A stretch of 64,000 nucleotides of DNA, taken from the NCBI GenBank assembly GCA_964358645.1, contig CAYHPW010000004.1:25889-89888 (forward strand), given 5' to 3'. Below, one piece after another: positions 27,746 through 37,480 of this stretch. The notes below the pieces were generated by a model that worked only from the letters and a program-made list of their open reading frames with translations, was not told the origin of the DNA and did not search any database. The position numbers and the translations under genes are program-made. Origin of the DNA: an uncultured Bacteriovoracaceae bacterium. Lineage in GTDB: Bacteria; Bdellovibrionota; UBA1018. Numbering within the stretch: the stretch's first letter is position 1; every line of letters starts with the position of its first letter.

Positions 27746-28522
27746 ATGAAACACGATTCGAACTTAAATAAAAAGGCCAATAGAAACAGCAAGATATCCC
27801 ATACCCATACTGGCTCCCATAGTGGCTCAATGATTGCACCATCAAAGCTTATTATGTTGGCTGGTAGAGACACTAAACAAACAAAGACCATGGCAATAGG
27901 ATTCCTAATGGCGATTTTCATGGCCAGCATTGCCTCTTGCGGAAAGCAGTCATACCGGGAATCACCACAAAACAACAATGTCTCAAGTACCGAAGGCTCC
28001 TCTAATGGCTCAGTTGACAACACGGACAATACCACGTCGAACTTGGAACCAGACCTCAATCCACCACTGACATTTAGTTTTAATATTAAAGGCTCAGGCG
28101 GTTACACCACACCCGCCATCGATACTGACAATGTTCTTAAAGTCAGAATTATATCAGGCCCGAGCGAAAAAATCAGCATACCGGGTTATTCGAACTTCAC
28201 CGCAAATTACGGATGTGTCAGTTATAAGATAACAGTCGCTGGCCGCAGCACGGTAACAAGCATACTCTCCGTGAGCGGATTTAACGGCTTATGCAAGGAG
28301 AGTTCGGACAACCAGGTGATAGATTTTTCTAACAGGCTCGGACAGGGACATAATTCAGTTGAAATCTCGGTGTCAGAAGCAAGATATGATTTTTACTGCC
28401 AGCTTTACATGGCTGGCTGGGTATGGGGGGACATGAATATGTTCTGCCCACTAAGAACAGTTTACCAGAATCACACCGTCACCGGCTCGCTTGAAATACA
28501 AGTGAACGGCACGTCTTTATAA
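27746..28522 (+). CDS. Lipoprotein, hypothetical (paralog of 27034-27708)
   Basis: 258 aa. Lipobox IASCGK after an internal Met (alternative start 27890); the AGGA RBS precedes 27746. C-terminus FCPLRTVYQNHTVTGSLEIQVNG parallels the neighbour. Confidence 0.55.
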   Translation: MKHDSNLNKKANRNSKISHTHTGSHSGSMIAPSKLIMLAGRDTKQTKTMAIGFLMAIFMASIASCGKQSYRESPQNNNVSSTEGSSNGSVDNTDNTTSNLEPDLNPPLTFSFNIKGSGGYTTPAIDTDNVLKVRIISGPSEKISIPGYSNFTANYGCVSYKITVAGRSTVTSILSVSGFNGLCKESSDNQVIDFSNRLGQGHNSVEISVSEARYDFYCQLYMAGWVWGDMNMFCPLRTVYQNHTVTGSLEIQVNGTSL

Positions 28523-28561
28523 ACGATAAACTAAAAAGCAAGCTTGACTCAACTGCACAAA

Positions 28562-28999
28562 CTAATCACGGCTGACAACGCTTATATTCGCAAATTCTTG
28601 AACGACTCCCGGCATACTCTCGACAACTACACGATAAGACCCAGCCTTCAAAAACCCTAGATCAACCGCCATAAGATAAGGAATAAGCGACATCGTGCAC
28701 ATCTGATACGAGTTAAAATCAGCAGAATTTGAAATCAAAATCTCCTTATTCTCCTCGTCTACAACGGCACTAACCGTTACATTGCTATAGCAACCGTTCG
28801 GTAACATTCCGCCAATCTGTATTCTAACAGATTCCTTGTCTGTATAAACACTGTGACAAAAAACATTGTGAGGCATTATATTTAAACGCTTGGCACCTTG
28901 TTCTTGAGTCATCTCAAGCGCGAAAGCAGTAACACACATATTTGGAACCATCAGCAAACAGGCAACCGCAGCCAATACAACAAATAGCTTGTTCATCAT
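28562..28999 (-). CDS. Small secreted hypothetical protein
   Basis: 145 aa with an N-terminal signal peptide MMNKLFVVLAAVACLLMVPNMCVTAFA. No known domain. Confidence 0.5.
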   Translation of the reverse strand: MMNKLFVVLAAVACLLMVPNMCVTAFALEMTQEQGAKRLNIMPHNVFCHSVYTDKESVRIQIGGMLPNGCYSNVTVSAVVDEENKEILISNSADFNSYQMCTMSLIPYLMAVDLGFLKAGSYRVVVESMPGVVQEFANISVVSRD

Positions 29000-29149
29000 A
29001 TCAATTCTCCTCTCTGGTCTCCTCTCTGAAACAAGAAGGCATACTACATTTGGAATGTTTGCTAAAAGTGAGGATATTTTGTTATTTTCTTAATAATTCT
29101 TTTGTGTCATATGGCGCAATACCCAAAGACCTGGTAGCTTTTATCAATT

Positions 29150-31138
29150 ATGGATCAGCAGAAAAAACCAAACACCTTGCGATACACATTATGTGAAATG
29201 GCCGTGTCAGACAAAGACCGCTGCTCATTTAAAGACAACTCCGATTTCACCAGCGCGATATTAAATGCCGCCCTGGACGCCATCGTGACAATAAATACTG
29301 ATGGGATAATCGAAACAGTGAATCCGGCATTCGAAAAAATATTCGGTTATTCATCAGATGAAGTACTCGGCAAGAGCGTAAATATGCTCATGCCAGAGCC
29401 CCACGCCCGTGAACACGATCAATACATCAAAAGATATCTCCACACGGGCGAAAGACGTATAATCGGCATTGGCCGCGAAACCGAGGCAATAAGAAAGGAC
29501 GGCAAGAAAATCCCGGTTGAATTGGCTATCAACGAGTTCACCTGGGGCGGCACAACCAGATTCGTGGGATTTGTGCGTGACCTGACAGTAGCAATAGAGG
29601 CACGCATGGCGATCGACAAGGCTAACCAGGCAAAAAGCGAATTCCTGGCCAATATGAGCCATGAAATCAGAACACCCATGAATGCCGTGATCGGCCTAAC
29701 CGACCTACTTTTAGAAACTCCATTAACACGAGAACAAAGGGAGTATCTCAGCATAATTAAATCTTCAGGTGATACCCTGCTCTCGATTGTTAACGACATT
29801 TTGGATTATTCCAAAATAGAAGCAGGCAAAATGACCATTGAGCATGTGGGGTTTGATCTCTTACAGGCAATAAAACACACCATAGCCCTTGTTACTGAAA
29901 ACGCGCGCACAAATAGCATCATTCTCGAGTTGCAAATCACGGACTACCCCGGCATCGTCAACGGTGACCCAGGGAAATTACGCCAAGTGTTGCTTAACCT
30001 ATTAAGCAATGCGGTTAAATTCACGAAAAATGGGAAAATCACCGTCGAAGTTTCAACCAAGCCCATAAACGACAACCGCATTGAAACAACAATCCAAGTT
30101 CATGATACCGGCATTGGGTTATCAACCGAGCAGCAGGCCAGGCTCTTCGCCCCATTCACGCAAGCAGACAGCACTACGACAAGAAGGTTCGGCGGGACAG
30201 GGCTTGGGCTTTCTATTTCCAAACGACTTATTGAAATGATGGGAGGCGAAATCTGGGTAGAGAGCCAGGAGAACAAAGGCTCAACGTTTGGATTTACAAT
30301 CCCAGTAGAACTATCAAAACTGGCAAAACTGGAAACAAAAGCTGCCGATACAGCAACTCCATCAGACACTATAATAAGCGCTGACACGCAGCCAATCCCA
30401 TTACACGTGCTCGTGGCAGAAGACAACATAGTCAATCAAAAAGTAATCATGCACATGCTAGAAAAACTTGGCTGTAAGGTCACGGCTGTTCCTGACGGCC
30501 AAAAAGCGGTCGCCGCCATGCAGGAAAATGATTTTGATCTGGTCTTAATGGATTGCCAGATGCCAATAATGGACGGCTATGAAGCAACAAAGCAGATCAG
30601 GTCTTTAGACGCAAGCAAGCGAGGAATCAAAATCATAGCCCTGACAGCAAATGCCTTTATCGAGGAAAAAGAAAAATGCATTATGTCGGGAATGGATGAG
30701 CACCTATCAAAGCCGATCGAATTTCAAAAATTGTCTCAAACTCTGCGCACCTTGGTTAAAAACACCGTGACAAAATCAACGATCGAAGCTGATTCATTAA
30801 CGCAAAGGCTTGAGACGCTTTTAAAAACAATAGGTGAACAAGCAATCAATGATATCATAGCCGCCTTCCTGCAAGACACACCCAAGTACATTACACTGCT
30901 GGAAAATTCCATTGCAAAAAAAGATTACCACTCACTTAAAAAAACGGCTCATTCATTGAAAGGAAGCTTTGGCAACATAGGTGCCTTAAATCTCATGCAC
31001 GACTGCGAAGCCCTTGAGGTACTCACCGGGTCTACGGCAAACTCAGGAGATCTCGACAAATGCGCCGTCTTGATAAATAAAATCAAATGTGATTATGCTG
31101 AAGTTTCAAAACTGCTTACTAACAAGATAAAGGTCTGA
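29150..31138 (+). CDS. Hybrid sensor histidine kinase (PAS-HisKA-HATPase-REC-Hpt)
   Basis: 662 aa. PAS (AALDAIVTINTDGIIETVNPAFEKIFGY), H-box SHEIRTPMNAVIGLTDLL, G-box GTGLGLSISKRL, receiver (VLVAEDN...DLVLMDCQMPIMDGYE), and Hpt HSLKGSFGNIGA. Confidence 0.9.
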   Translation: MDQQKKPNTLRYTLCEMAVSDKDRCSFKDNSDFTSAILNAALDAIVTINTDGIIETVNPAFEKIFGYSSDEVLGKSVNMLMPEPHAREHDQYIKRYLHTGERRIIGIGRETEAIRKDGKKIPVELAINEFTWGGTTRFVGFVRDLTVAIEARMAIDKANQAKSEFLANMSHEIRTPMNAVIGLTDLLLETPLTREQREYLSIIKSSGDTLLSIVNDILDYSKIEAGKMTIEHVGFDLLQAIKHTIALVTENARTNSIILELQITDYPGIVNGDPGKLRQVLLNLLSNAVKFTKNGKITVEVSTKPINDNRIETTIQVHDTGIGLSTEQQARLFAPFTQADSTTTRRFGGTGLGLSISKRLIEMMGGEIWVESQENKGSTFGFTIPVELSKLAKLETKAADTATPSDTIISADTQPIPLHVLVAEDNIVNQKVIMHMLEKLGCKVTAVPDGQKAVAAMQENDFDLVLMDCQMPIMDGYEATKQIRSLDASKRGIKIIALTANAFIEEKEKCIMSGMDEHLSKPIEFQKLSQTLRTLVKNTVTKSTIEADSLTQRLETLLKTIGEQAINDIIAAFLQDTPKYITLLENSIAKKDYHSLKKTAHSLKGSFGNIGALNLMHDCEALEVLTGSTANSGDLDKCAVLINKIKCDYAEVSKLLTNKIKV

Positions 31139-31140
31139 CG

Positions 31141-31821
31141 GTGGCAAATATTCTTCTAATAGAAGACAGCACTGACATACAAAAAACTATAAAGGCCATT
31201 CTTAATACGCACACATTATTCTCGGCATCCACCCTGAAAGAAGCAGAAAGACAGCTATCAGAACATGATTACGATCTTGTCTTGCTGGATCTGTCGCTCC
31301 CGGACGGAAACGGTATGGAGTTTTTAAGCCATATAAAAAGAACATCTGACATAACTGTCCCATTTATTATAATGACAGCGAGTTCAGCGGTTACAGATAA
31401 GGTTTTAGGATTTTCACTAGGGGTAGAGGACTATATCACAAAACCTTTTGACCCACTGGAGCTAAGGGCGCGTGTTGAGGCGCGGCTTTCACGCAGAGCT
31501 GAGAATCGTACGAAACAGAATCGCTTCACGGCAGGAGACCTACAGTTTGATCTGATAACACAATTCGTAACAGTATCCGATAGTGACCAGAAAAAACTCG
31601 ACCTGACCCCTTTTGAATTCAAACTTCTGCTTTGTTTCGCCAGGCATCGCAACCATGTTCTCAGCAGAGAGCAATTGCTGGAACTGGTCTGGACCAGCTC
31701 ATTACACGTTTCTGACCGTGTGATCGACACACATGTAAGCCATCTACGCAAGAAACTGTCAGAGTCCGAATGTTCAATAGAGCCTGTGTATGGCGCGGGC
31801 TACCGCTTCATTGTAAAATAA
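31141..31821 (+). CDS. OmpR-family response regulator (REC plus winged-helix)
   Basis: 226 aa with a GTG start. ILLIEDS...DLVLLDLSLPDGNGMEF receiver and a C-terminal trans_reg_C (LSREQLLELVW...GAGYRF). Confidence 0.85.
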   Translation: MANILLIEDSTDIQKTIKAILNTHTLFSASTLKEAERQLSEHDYDLVLLDLSLPDGNGMEFLSHIKRTSDITVPFIIMTASSAVTDKVLGFSLGVEDYITKPFDPLELRARVEARLSRRAENRTKQNRFTAGDLQFDLITQFVTVSDSDQKKLDLTPFEFKLLLCFARHRNHVLSREQLLELVWTSSLHVSDRVIDTHVSHLRKKLSESECSIEPVYGAGYRFIVK

Positions 31822-32143
31822 ACTCAGTCTCAATACGCTTCAAGGATCCCGCCGCTCCTTTGATCCAATCAGGCATCCTGTCGCAGAGTTCATTTGACAA
31901 TCTCTTCACAGCTCTATCTATGTCACTATCCATGGCAATCCCTGTAAGCTTTCCAAGAGCCGACGTTATCTCAACCCAAAAGCGATAGCTGTGCTTATTG
32001 CGCCATAGGCTTGCCTCCATTGACGAACCATACGGCGCATGCTCAAAAATACGCTCAAGTGCGATATTATACGTGACCATGCTGCCCGCCTCCGGCGTCA
32101 CGTTGACAAAACTCGTGCAATTGCTCAAATCAATCAAACCCAT
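31808..32143 (-). CDS. Hypothetical protein (possibly the 3' half of a frameshifted gene)
   Basis: The 31808-32200 ORF overlaps 32134-32505 by 67 nt in another frame. Start taken at the internal Met MGLIDL. No domain recognized. Confidence 0.35.
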   Translation of the reverse strand: MGLIDLSNCTSFVNVTPEAGSMVTYNIALERIFEHAPYGSSMEASLWRNKHSYRFWVEITSALGKLTGIAMDSDIDRAVKRLSNELCDRMPDWIKGAAGSLKRIETEFILQ

Positions 32144-32505
32144 ACTCTCTCCTTCCCTATCAAATCTAATTCCGACATCGGGATCATGTTGCTCAAGCAC
32201 TTAGAAAGCGCTTGGGGAAAATTTCCACCCATCTCACAACCAACCCAGAAAGACGCATCACTGATGATGTTCACTTGGCATTCCAAACCCGAATTGGACT
32301 GGGTGTCCGGATCCTGATGACGGTCAAATGTGATTGAATAATATAATCCACCCTTCTCGAACTCCTTGTCGTGCTGGCAAACCCAGCTACGTATCCTGCG
32401 CTTTAAGTTGCGTTTAATACGTGAAGGCGGATTCCTTAGATTCCTGAAAACAACCTCTCCACTCATTGCTACCATAATCCTCTCTCCCTTCTCCTGAAGG
32501 ATCAC
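32134..32505 (-). CDS. Hypothetical protein (possibly the 5' half of a frameshifted gene)
   Basis: 123 aa ORF. No recognizable domain. Overlaps the downstream ORF. Confidence 0.35.
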   Translation of the reverse strand: MILQEKGERIMVAMSGEVVFRNLRNPPSRIKRNLKRRIRSWVCQHDKEFEKGGLYYSITFDRHQDPDTQSNSGLECQVNIISDASFWVGCEMGGNFPQALSKCLSNMIPMSELDLIGKERVWV

Positions 32506-32632
32506 GGTACGCGTATCGAATTTAGTATTGATGGAGGAATTATTGAGATTTCTTAATGAATCATCATCGCCGTTGTAAATCCTTCAAAGAAAACTATTTA
32601 TATTTTTGTCATCGGCGATACCGACGGTTGAT

Positions 32633-33679
32633 TCAACACCCTTTTTCAACAAGAGGACTTAAAAGTATTCCAAAGTCCTCTTGTTGAGGTTGTTTAAAGT
32701 CTTCAGCCTTAATAGAGGCTATCAAACGCCAGAAACGTGGCCACTGACCACCGCATGCGTTCAGAAGCTTTTCAAACTGCTCCTTGTCTGAACGGTACTC
32801 CTTGAACTGAATCAGCGTGGCGTTATTGATATCGCGCTTGATACCGAGCTGTTCACGCAAAGCAAGCAACACCTCCTGCTTGACAGAAAGTTTTTCCTCA
32901 TCCGGCTTTTGCGAGGCATACAATGCGGAAAGCTTTGAATACGCATCATGCATTTCCTTTGCACGCTCACGCTCTGCTTTAAGTGAGGCCACATATGCTT
33001 TGTACTGTGTTGCATTGACGCCAACTTCCCGCTCCAGATAATTTAAAGTAAGTTTTTCAGCAGCGAATGAAGCCAGGCTCTCATTAAAAAACGCCTGCCC
33101 ATTCACATAGACAGTGGCATGTACTGACTCGTGGATGACGATGTCCACCAATTCACCTAATGCTTCATCACTTTCTGGTAACATCGTGGAAAGAATAGGA
33201 TCCCTGAACCACCCTAAGGTTGAAAACGCAGCAGCTCCACGCACATCCACATCCCAACCTTCAGCGGATAATTTTTCCCTGAAAGAAATAGCACGATGCC
33301 TGTCAAACCAGCCAAGGTAGGGAACCCTACCCAATATTGGAAAGCCCCACTCTTTTGACTTGAACCTTAATTTTTCAGCGCCACTTACTACCCACACCGC
33401 GGCAGGTCTATCAAGATTGACAAATTCCTCGTAATTCCTCGTTGGTTTTAGTCCGCTGTCTTGCCCAAATCTTTTAATCGAATGGACTTTTGCCAGGAGT
33501 TCTCTTACTCGCACCGGGATGCGCTGATCACGCACCACTTCTTCAATCGGCCTGGCTCTGTTCATAATGGCAAGCTGCCCACGGCCCGCCTGTAGGAGAT
33601 AACTTAAAGTAGCGCATCCGCTGCCGGTCAACGATAATGAAAATACACACAAAAACTGCAGCGACAGTAACGCACCCAT
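32633..33679 (-). CDS. Predicted zinc aminopeptidase-like lipoprotein (HExxH)
   Basis: 348 aa. Signal/lipobox LSLTGSGCA. HEXXH motif VIHESVHATV, consistent with the 'putative aminopeptidase' family. Confidence 0.55.
   Translation of the reverse strand: MGALLSLQFLCVFSLSLTGSGCATLSYLLQAGRGQLAIMNRARPIEEVVRDQRIPVRVRELLAKVHSIKRFGQDSGLKPTRNYEEFVNLDRPAAVWVVSGAEKLRFKSKEWGFPILGRVPYLGWFDRHRAISFREKLSAEGWDVDVRGAAAFSTLGWFRDPILSTMLPESDEALGELVDIVIHESVHATVYVNGQAFFNESLASFAAEKLTLNYLEREVGVNATQYKAYVASLKAERERAKEMHDAYSKLSALYASQKPDEEKLSVKQEVLLALREQLGIKRDINNATLIQFKEYRSDKEQFEKLLNACGGQWPRFWRLIASIKAEDFKQPQQEDFGILLSPLVEKGC
32649..32688. other. Perfect 14-bp inverted repeat hairpin (caacaagaggactt / aagtcctcttgttg, 12-nt loop) at the 3' end of the aminopeptidase-like CDS
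   Basis: Read directly in the sequence. No flanking U-tract, so it is not a canonical intrinsic terminator. Confidence 0.7.
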
Positions 33680-33737
33680 ATACTGGATATATTACTAATA
33701 AATTAAAATATATATCAGCTTTATTGAGTTGCAAGCG

Positions 33738-34310
33738 CTACAAATACAACGAAATGCCGGTGGTGAGGGACGTGTTATTTTTCCACGTACTGATGCTCCC
33801 GCCGGTAAGATAAGACATCACCTCTCCCCTTAAACCAAATGTGCGCGTGATGTGAATTTTCATACCGGCGCCCAAAATCCCCGTAAGCGAATCCACGATT
33901 GCGGGCGGAGATGCGCCGAACCAATATACACCAGAAGCCTCGCGGTTCAACTGCCCAACCCCGACCTTTACATACGGTTGGATGCCGGACGTACGTCCGG
34001 CAAACGCTTGCAGCCAGTTGGCTGAAAAAATCTTGTCATGAAAAGTCGTGTCTTCATAATTTGTGATCTGCGTTCTCTCAACGATGTCTTGGAAGCCGAG
34101 CTCAAGCTGCGATAATTCTGTTAAATGATAGCCTAAAGCCGCGCCCCACCGTCTGTTCCAACTAAAACTAGTCTCGGAGTAATGACTTTGTGTAAAAGAA
34201 AATCCTGCGGAAATCTCTATCACTCCAGCGGCAGCGTCCTTCGGTAAAAGTATGACGACCACTACTAGAATAAATATGAAAAAAACACCCCTCATTGGGT
34301 TAGTGATCAT
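33738..34310 (-). CDS. Outer-membrane beta-barrel protein (OmpW/OmpA-like small porin family)
   Basis: 190 aa. Signal peptide, alternating amphipathic beta-strand pattern, aromatic-rich C-terminus. Confidence 0.55.
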   Translation of the reverse strand: MITNPMRGVFFIFILVVVVILLPKDAAAGVIEISAGFSFTQSHYSETSFSWNRRWGAALGYHLTELSQLELGFQDIVERTQITNYEDTTFHDKIFSANWLQAFAGRTSGIQPYVKVGVGQLNREASGVYWFGASPPAIVDSLTGILGAGMKIHITRTFGLRGEVMSYLTGGSISTWKNNTSLTTGISLYL

Positions 34311-34311
34311 C

Positions 34312-35343
34312 TTATATTTCTTCCTTGAGATTTCTTAGTTCATTCAAAATCTTTTTCTTCTCCGAGCCATCAGCCGATGAAATCGAGCCGGCACCGCTCA
34401 CTTCCTCAATCTCCACTTTCGAAGCCTTGCTCCTCCCGCGTTTATGTGACGTCAAACCAGGCGACAGCATCTCTTCTCCGGCGCTTACCTCGCCAGTCAA
34501 CTTTCTGGTCAAGTGAGTATTTAGTTTTTCATCCACCTCCGTACTGCGATGTCTTTCATATGAGACGCGGGTGGAATCATCGGGTGGTGATTTTTTTTCT
34601 AGTACCGGCAACGCGGCCAGTTTGCGATCCTGTTGTTCCTTAGCCACATCCAATGCATTAGATCGCTCGTGCTCGTCCAATCCGAGTTCATGGAGCTTGG
34701 GCTTCAGGCTTGCCAATGAAACCGCACGAGCCGGCGACGGCACAACCCTCAGCAACTTAAAATTAAGGTTACTTGCCTGGCCTTCCGCAACGGTCATCTT
34801 CTTGGACGGCTCAAAACGGTTTTCGATGTACGCCAGTCTTTCTGTCGCTATGACCTGGCTTTCTTCATGCTCGCTGCTGAATAAAACTACCGCGGAACCA
34901 TTAACAACACGTATTCTTGCATTTGGAGTAATGACTTTAAGCTCGCGCTCTCCTCCACCCGCGCGGACAAAGACCTGGCCACGGAACAAAAGTACGGCAT
35001 CACCGGAAAACTTGCCGTCCATATTGTATTCAGGCAACCCGACAAATGACCCTGGCGAGATATTTATTTGGTAGCCATCGCGGTGCCTGATCTGCACCCA
35101 CCCTGATTCAACAGAGATCCATGAACCGCATTCCACCACAGAGTTTTTACCGATATCAGCCATGTATGTGCGCGACGAATCCATTAGCTGTGTTGCGCCG
35201 GAAAAAGCTTTTACCACTCCACAAGGAACAGGGGCTGCTTGTGACGCCTGTGGCTGCGCTGCAATGACACTATGAGAAATCATCACAGTAGCGATTACCG
35301 CTGCGATACAAAACTCTGTTCTAATGACTTGCAGCAGGCTCAC
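34312..35343 (-). CDS. Secreted FecR-domain protein with charged/coiled-coil C-terminal tail
   Basis: 343 aa. Signal peptide. FecR-like beta segment VVKAFSGATQLM...GDAVLLFRGQVFVRAGGGERELKVITPNARIRVVNGSAVVL. Confidence 0.55.
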   Translation of the reverse strand: MSLLQVIRTEFCIAAVIATVMISHSVIAAQPQASQAAPVPCGVVKAFSGATQLMDSSRTYMADIGKNSVVECGSWISVESGWVQIRHRDGYQINISPGSFVGLPEYNMDGKFSGDAVLLFRGQVFVRAGGGERELKVITPNARIRVVNGSAVVLFSSEHEESQVIATERLAYIENRFEPSKKMTVAEGQASNLNFKLLRVVPSPARAVSLASLKPKLHELGLDEHERSNALDVAKEQQDRKLAALPVLEKKSPPDDSTRVSYERHRSTEVDEKLNTHLTRKLTGEVSAGEEMLSPGLTSHKRGRSKASKVEIEEVSGAGSISSADGSEKKKILNELRNLKEEI

Positions 35344-36166
35344 GTGTCGCCTCTTTTGCGTTATTAATCAATTCAACCTCCCCGGAATGAGGATGATTAT
35401 CCACCAGATCGGTGAGCCAGTATTGAGAATGAACATGCTTGTTCGTACGCTCTGCGATCACGCCCTTCCAAAGCCTTGCCTGGGCACGAAACCTAGCAAG
35501 ACCTTCCTGGCCTTCTTGACTTTCTTGATTTGGGACTTTAAGGATTTTTTCCAAGTACGCATCCGCCATGCTGAAATTATCAAGCCTGTACCAGGCGATT
35601 GCCGCCATCAAATGGTTCTTTGGAGTCTTGTAAGCGTCGCTGTCCTCAAGAGTCGTCAGGAGCATGAATATCACCGCTGCTTTCTCGTCATCCCGCGATT
35701 GAAAATACGAAAGCCCGAGAGTATAAAGCTGGTTTGGCAACAAATGAGAAGGCGGTCTGTATTCTATGCTGGCAAGGTTGCGTCCCGTCCTGCTGCCTGT
35801 CTCCGCTTCGAGACTTGCCGCATTTTTCTTGGTAACTTGATCAGCACTCGAGGAACGACAGCCGAATTGAAGTGCTTCGACCTGGCTTCTAAGGTTCATA
35901 TTTTCCAATTTGAGGTTGTGATTTTCCTGATCAATACGATGCAGTTCATTCATGCGTGTAAAGATATTCTCAGCCGCCTGCTCATAAATCCCCAGGAAGC
36001 CTTGAACACCTTTTTTTCTTTCCTCTACACCGACAACGCCCTCGGCTTTTTTGAAGAAATATGGCCCGATCACGAAGACACCCACAACAACTGCCACTAC
36101 CGCGGCCGTGGGGCCAAACCAGCGTTTCAACCGAATTACTTTTTCAAATATTACACGACGATTCAT
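35321..36166 (-). CDS. Membrane-anchored coiled-coil/TPR-like protein
   Basis: 281 aa. N-terminal TM AAVVAVVVGVFVIGPYFF, coiled-coil LHRIDQENHNLKLENMNLRSQVEAL, TPR-like AAIAWYRLDNFSMADAYLEKIL. Preferred over the antisense 35324-36268 ORF, which is Cys/Arg/Phe-rich. Confidence 0.55.
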   Translation of the reverse strand: MNRRVIFEKVIRLKRWFGPTAAVVAVVVGVFVIGPYFFKKAEGVVGVEERKKGVQGFLGIYEQAAENIFTRMNELHRIDQENHNLKLENMNLRSQVEALQFGCRSSSADQVTKKNAASLEAETGSRTGRNLASIEYRPPSHLLPNQLYTLGLSYFQSRDDEKAAVIFMLLTTLEDSDAYKTPKNHLMAAIAWYRLDNFSMADAYLEKILKVPNQESQEGQEGLARFRAQARLWKGVIAERTNKHVHSQYWLTDLVDNHPHSGEVELINNAKEATREPAASH

Positions 36167-36299
36167 CTCAAACTACTGATCGGCCGGGGCATTCGAAACT
36201 TAATGTGTCAAAATATTGCCGGTATGCCGATTGATTTTTGCCTAGAAAACTCCATATCAGCGACTTAATATACTTCTTATATTCAAGGAGGAACCACTG

Positions 36300-37418
36300 A
36301 TGTTTTCACGAAAAAGCCTGCCATGGATATATCCATGGCTGTTTATAGTTACTTTATTTTCATCGTCATTAATCATTTATGGTTGTTCAAAAAATGATTC
36401 GACAACAACAAACACGATGTCAGCCCTGTCTGGGCAGCTTGATACCGTAAGCAAGAACTTCACCCCAAGTTCGCTTGATTACACTTCAAGCACTGTTATG
36501 AGCCTGAGTAGCTCGGGCAATATGCGTGCACAGGATAGCAATCCATGCGCTGGCTATGACTTGTTTGGTTGCCAACCGGTACTGCTCCGGATTTATATCA
36601 ATATGGCCAAGATGTTTCTTGATCTGACAAAGCAGATTGTTTCTGACACCAGCACACATCTGGGCCCGCTACAAGACGGGGCAACCGGAATAGTGAACCA
36701 AGATGACAAAACCATTTATTATAAAAAAACAAGTGACACCAACTACGAAATACTCATAAAAAGCAGCACTGCTTCTATGGGGCATATCAAAGTCACAAGC
36801 ACAGGCGCCACCGTGATAATGGATATGAGTCAACTCCCTGATTCTCCGGGTGGGAAGTTTAAAGTTGAAGTAAGCTATACTGATGAAAACAACTGGTCCA
36901 TTTCAGCAATGCTTGCAGGAATGAGCTGCCAACCGGACGACGTACGAGCACCGAGAAGCTTCTGGGTTAAAATGGCTAAAGCAAATGACATATGGAAGGG
37001 TAAGGCGATTATCTATAACCCAGTGTGGGCTAGCTTCGCTTCAGAGCCTACTTGCGACACTACCGCCACTGACAGCACATCCATGAACTTCTACACGGAT
37101 TTCGTTGGTGACAACACAGCAGCAAAGGCAAGCGTGTATATGATACAAAGGGACAAGACCAGCCTTTCAGATATCTCCACCTATGGCATGAGCAATCTTT
37201 GCACGAACTACTCGATTAACAATTGTGGTATGGGAGCGAGTTTAACAGCGTACCTAAATCCATTCTGCAACCCAGCCGCAACTGATGTCGCCGCATGGAA
37301 TAGTTCATGTTCTGGAACATCCACCGCGGTCAGCAATGCAGATTTCGGATCAGCAAGCGATTGGATAGTACCATATGATTTTTACCAGATAACTATTACA
37401 CTGCCAGACAGTATTTAA
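36300..37418 (+). CDS. Cys-rich lipoprotein, hypothetical
   Basis: 372 aa. Strong RBS AAGGAGGAA. Signal plus lipobox LIIYGCSKN. Ser/Thr/Cys-rich. Confidence 0.6.
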   Translation: MFSRKSLPWIYPWLFIVTLFSSSLIIYGCSKNDSTTTNTMSALSGQLDTVSKNFTPSSLDYTSSTVMSLSSSGNMRAQDSNPCAGYDLFGCQPVLLRIYINMAKMFLDLTKQIVSDTSTHLGPLQDGATGIVNQDDKTIYYKKTSDTNYEILIKSSTASMGHIKVTSTGATVIMDMSQLPDSPGGKFKVEVSYTDENNWSISAMLAGMSCQPDDVRAPRSFWVKMAKANDIWKGKAIIYNPVWASFASEPTCDTTATDSTSMNFYTDFVGDNTAAKASVYMIQRDKTSLSDISTYGMSNLCTNYSINNCGMGASLTAYLNPFCNPAATDVAAWNSSCSGTSTAVSNADFGSASDWIVPYDFYQITITLPDSI

Positions 37419-37439
37419 GTTTTTGCGCGTTCAAGCAAA

Positions 37440-37480
37440 CCTCTCCCAGACCGTAAGCATTACATACGGTCGGGGAGAGG
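37440..37480. terminator. Stem-loop (13/14-bp stem) between convergent lipoprotein gene and argS, overlapping the argS stop
   Basis: cctctcccagaccg-[13 nt loop]-cggtcggggagagg. No U-tract, so possibly a bidirectional transcript end or stabilizer. Confidence 0.4.

Noticed and set aside
35324-36268. 314-aa plus-strand ORF
   Set aside because: Antisense to the TM/coiled-coil/TPR gene. Cys/Arg/Phe-rich with no features. The minus-strand gene fits the operon context.
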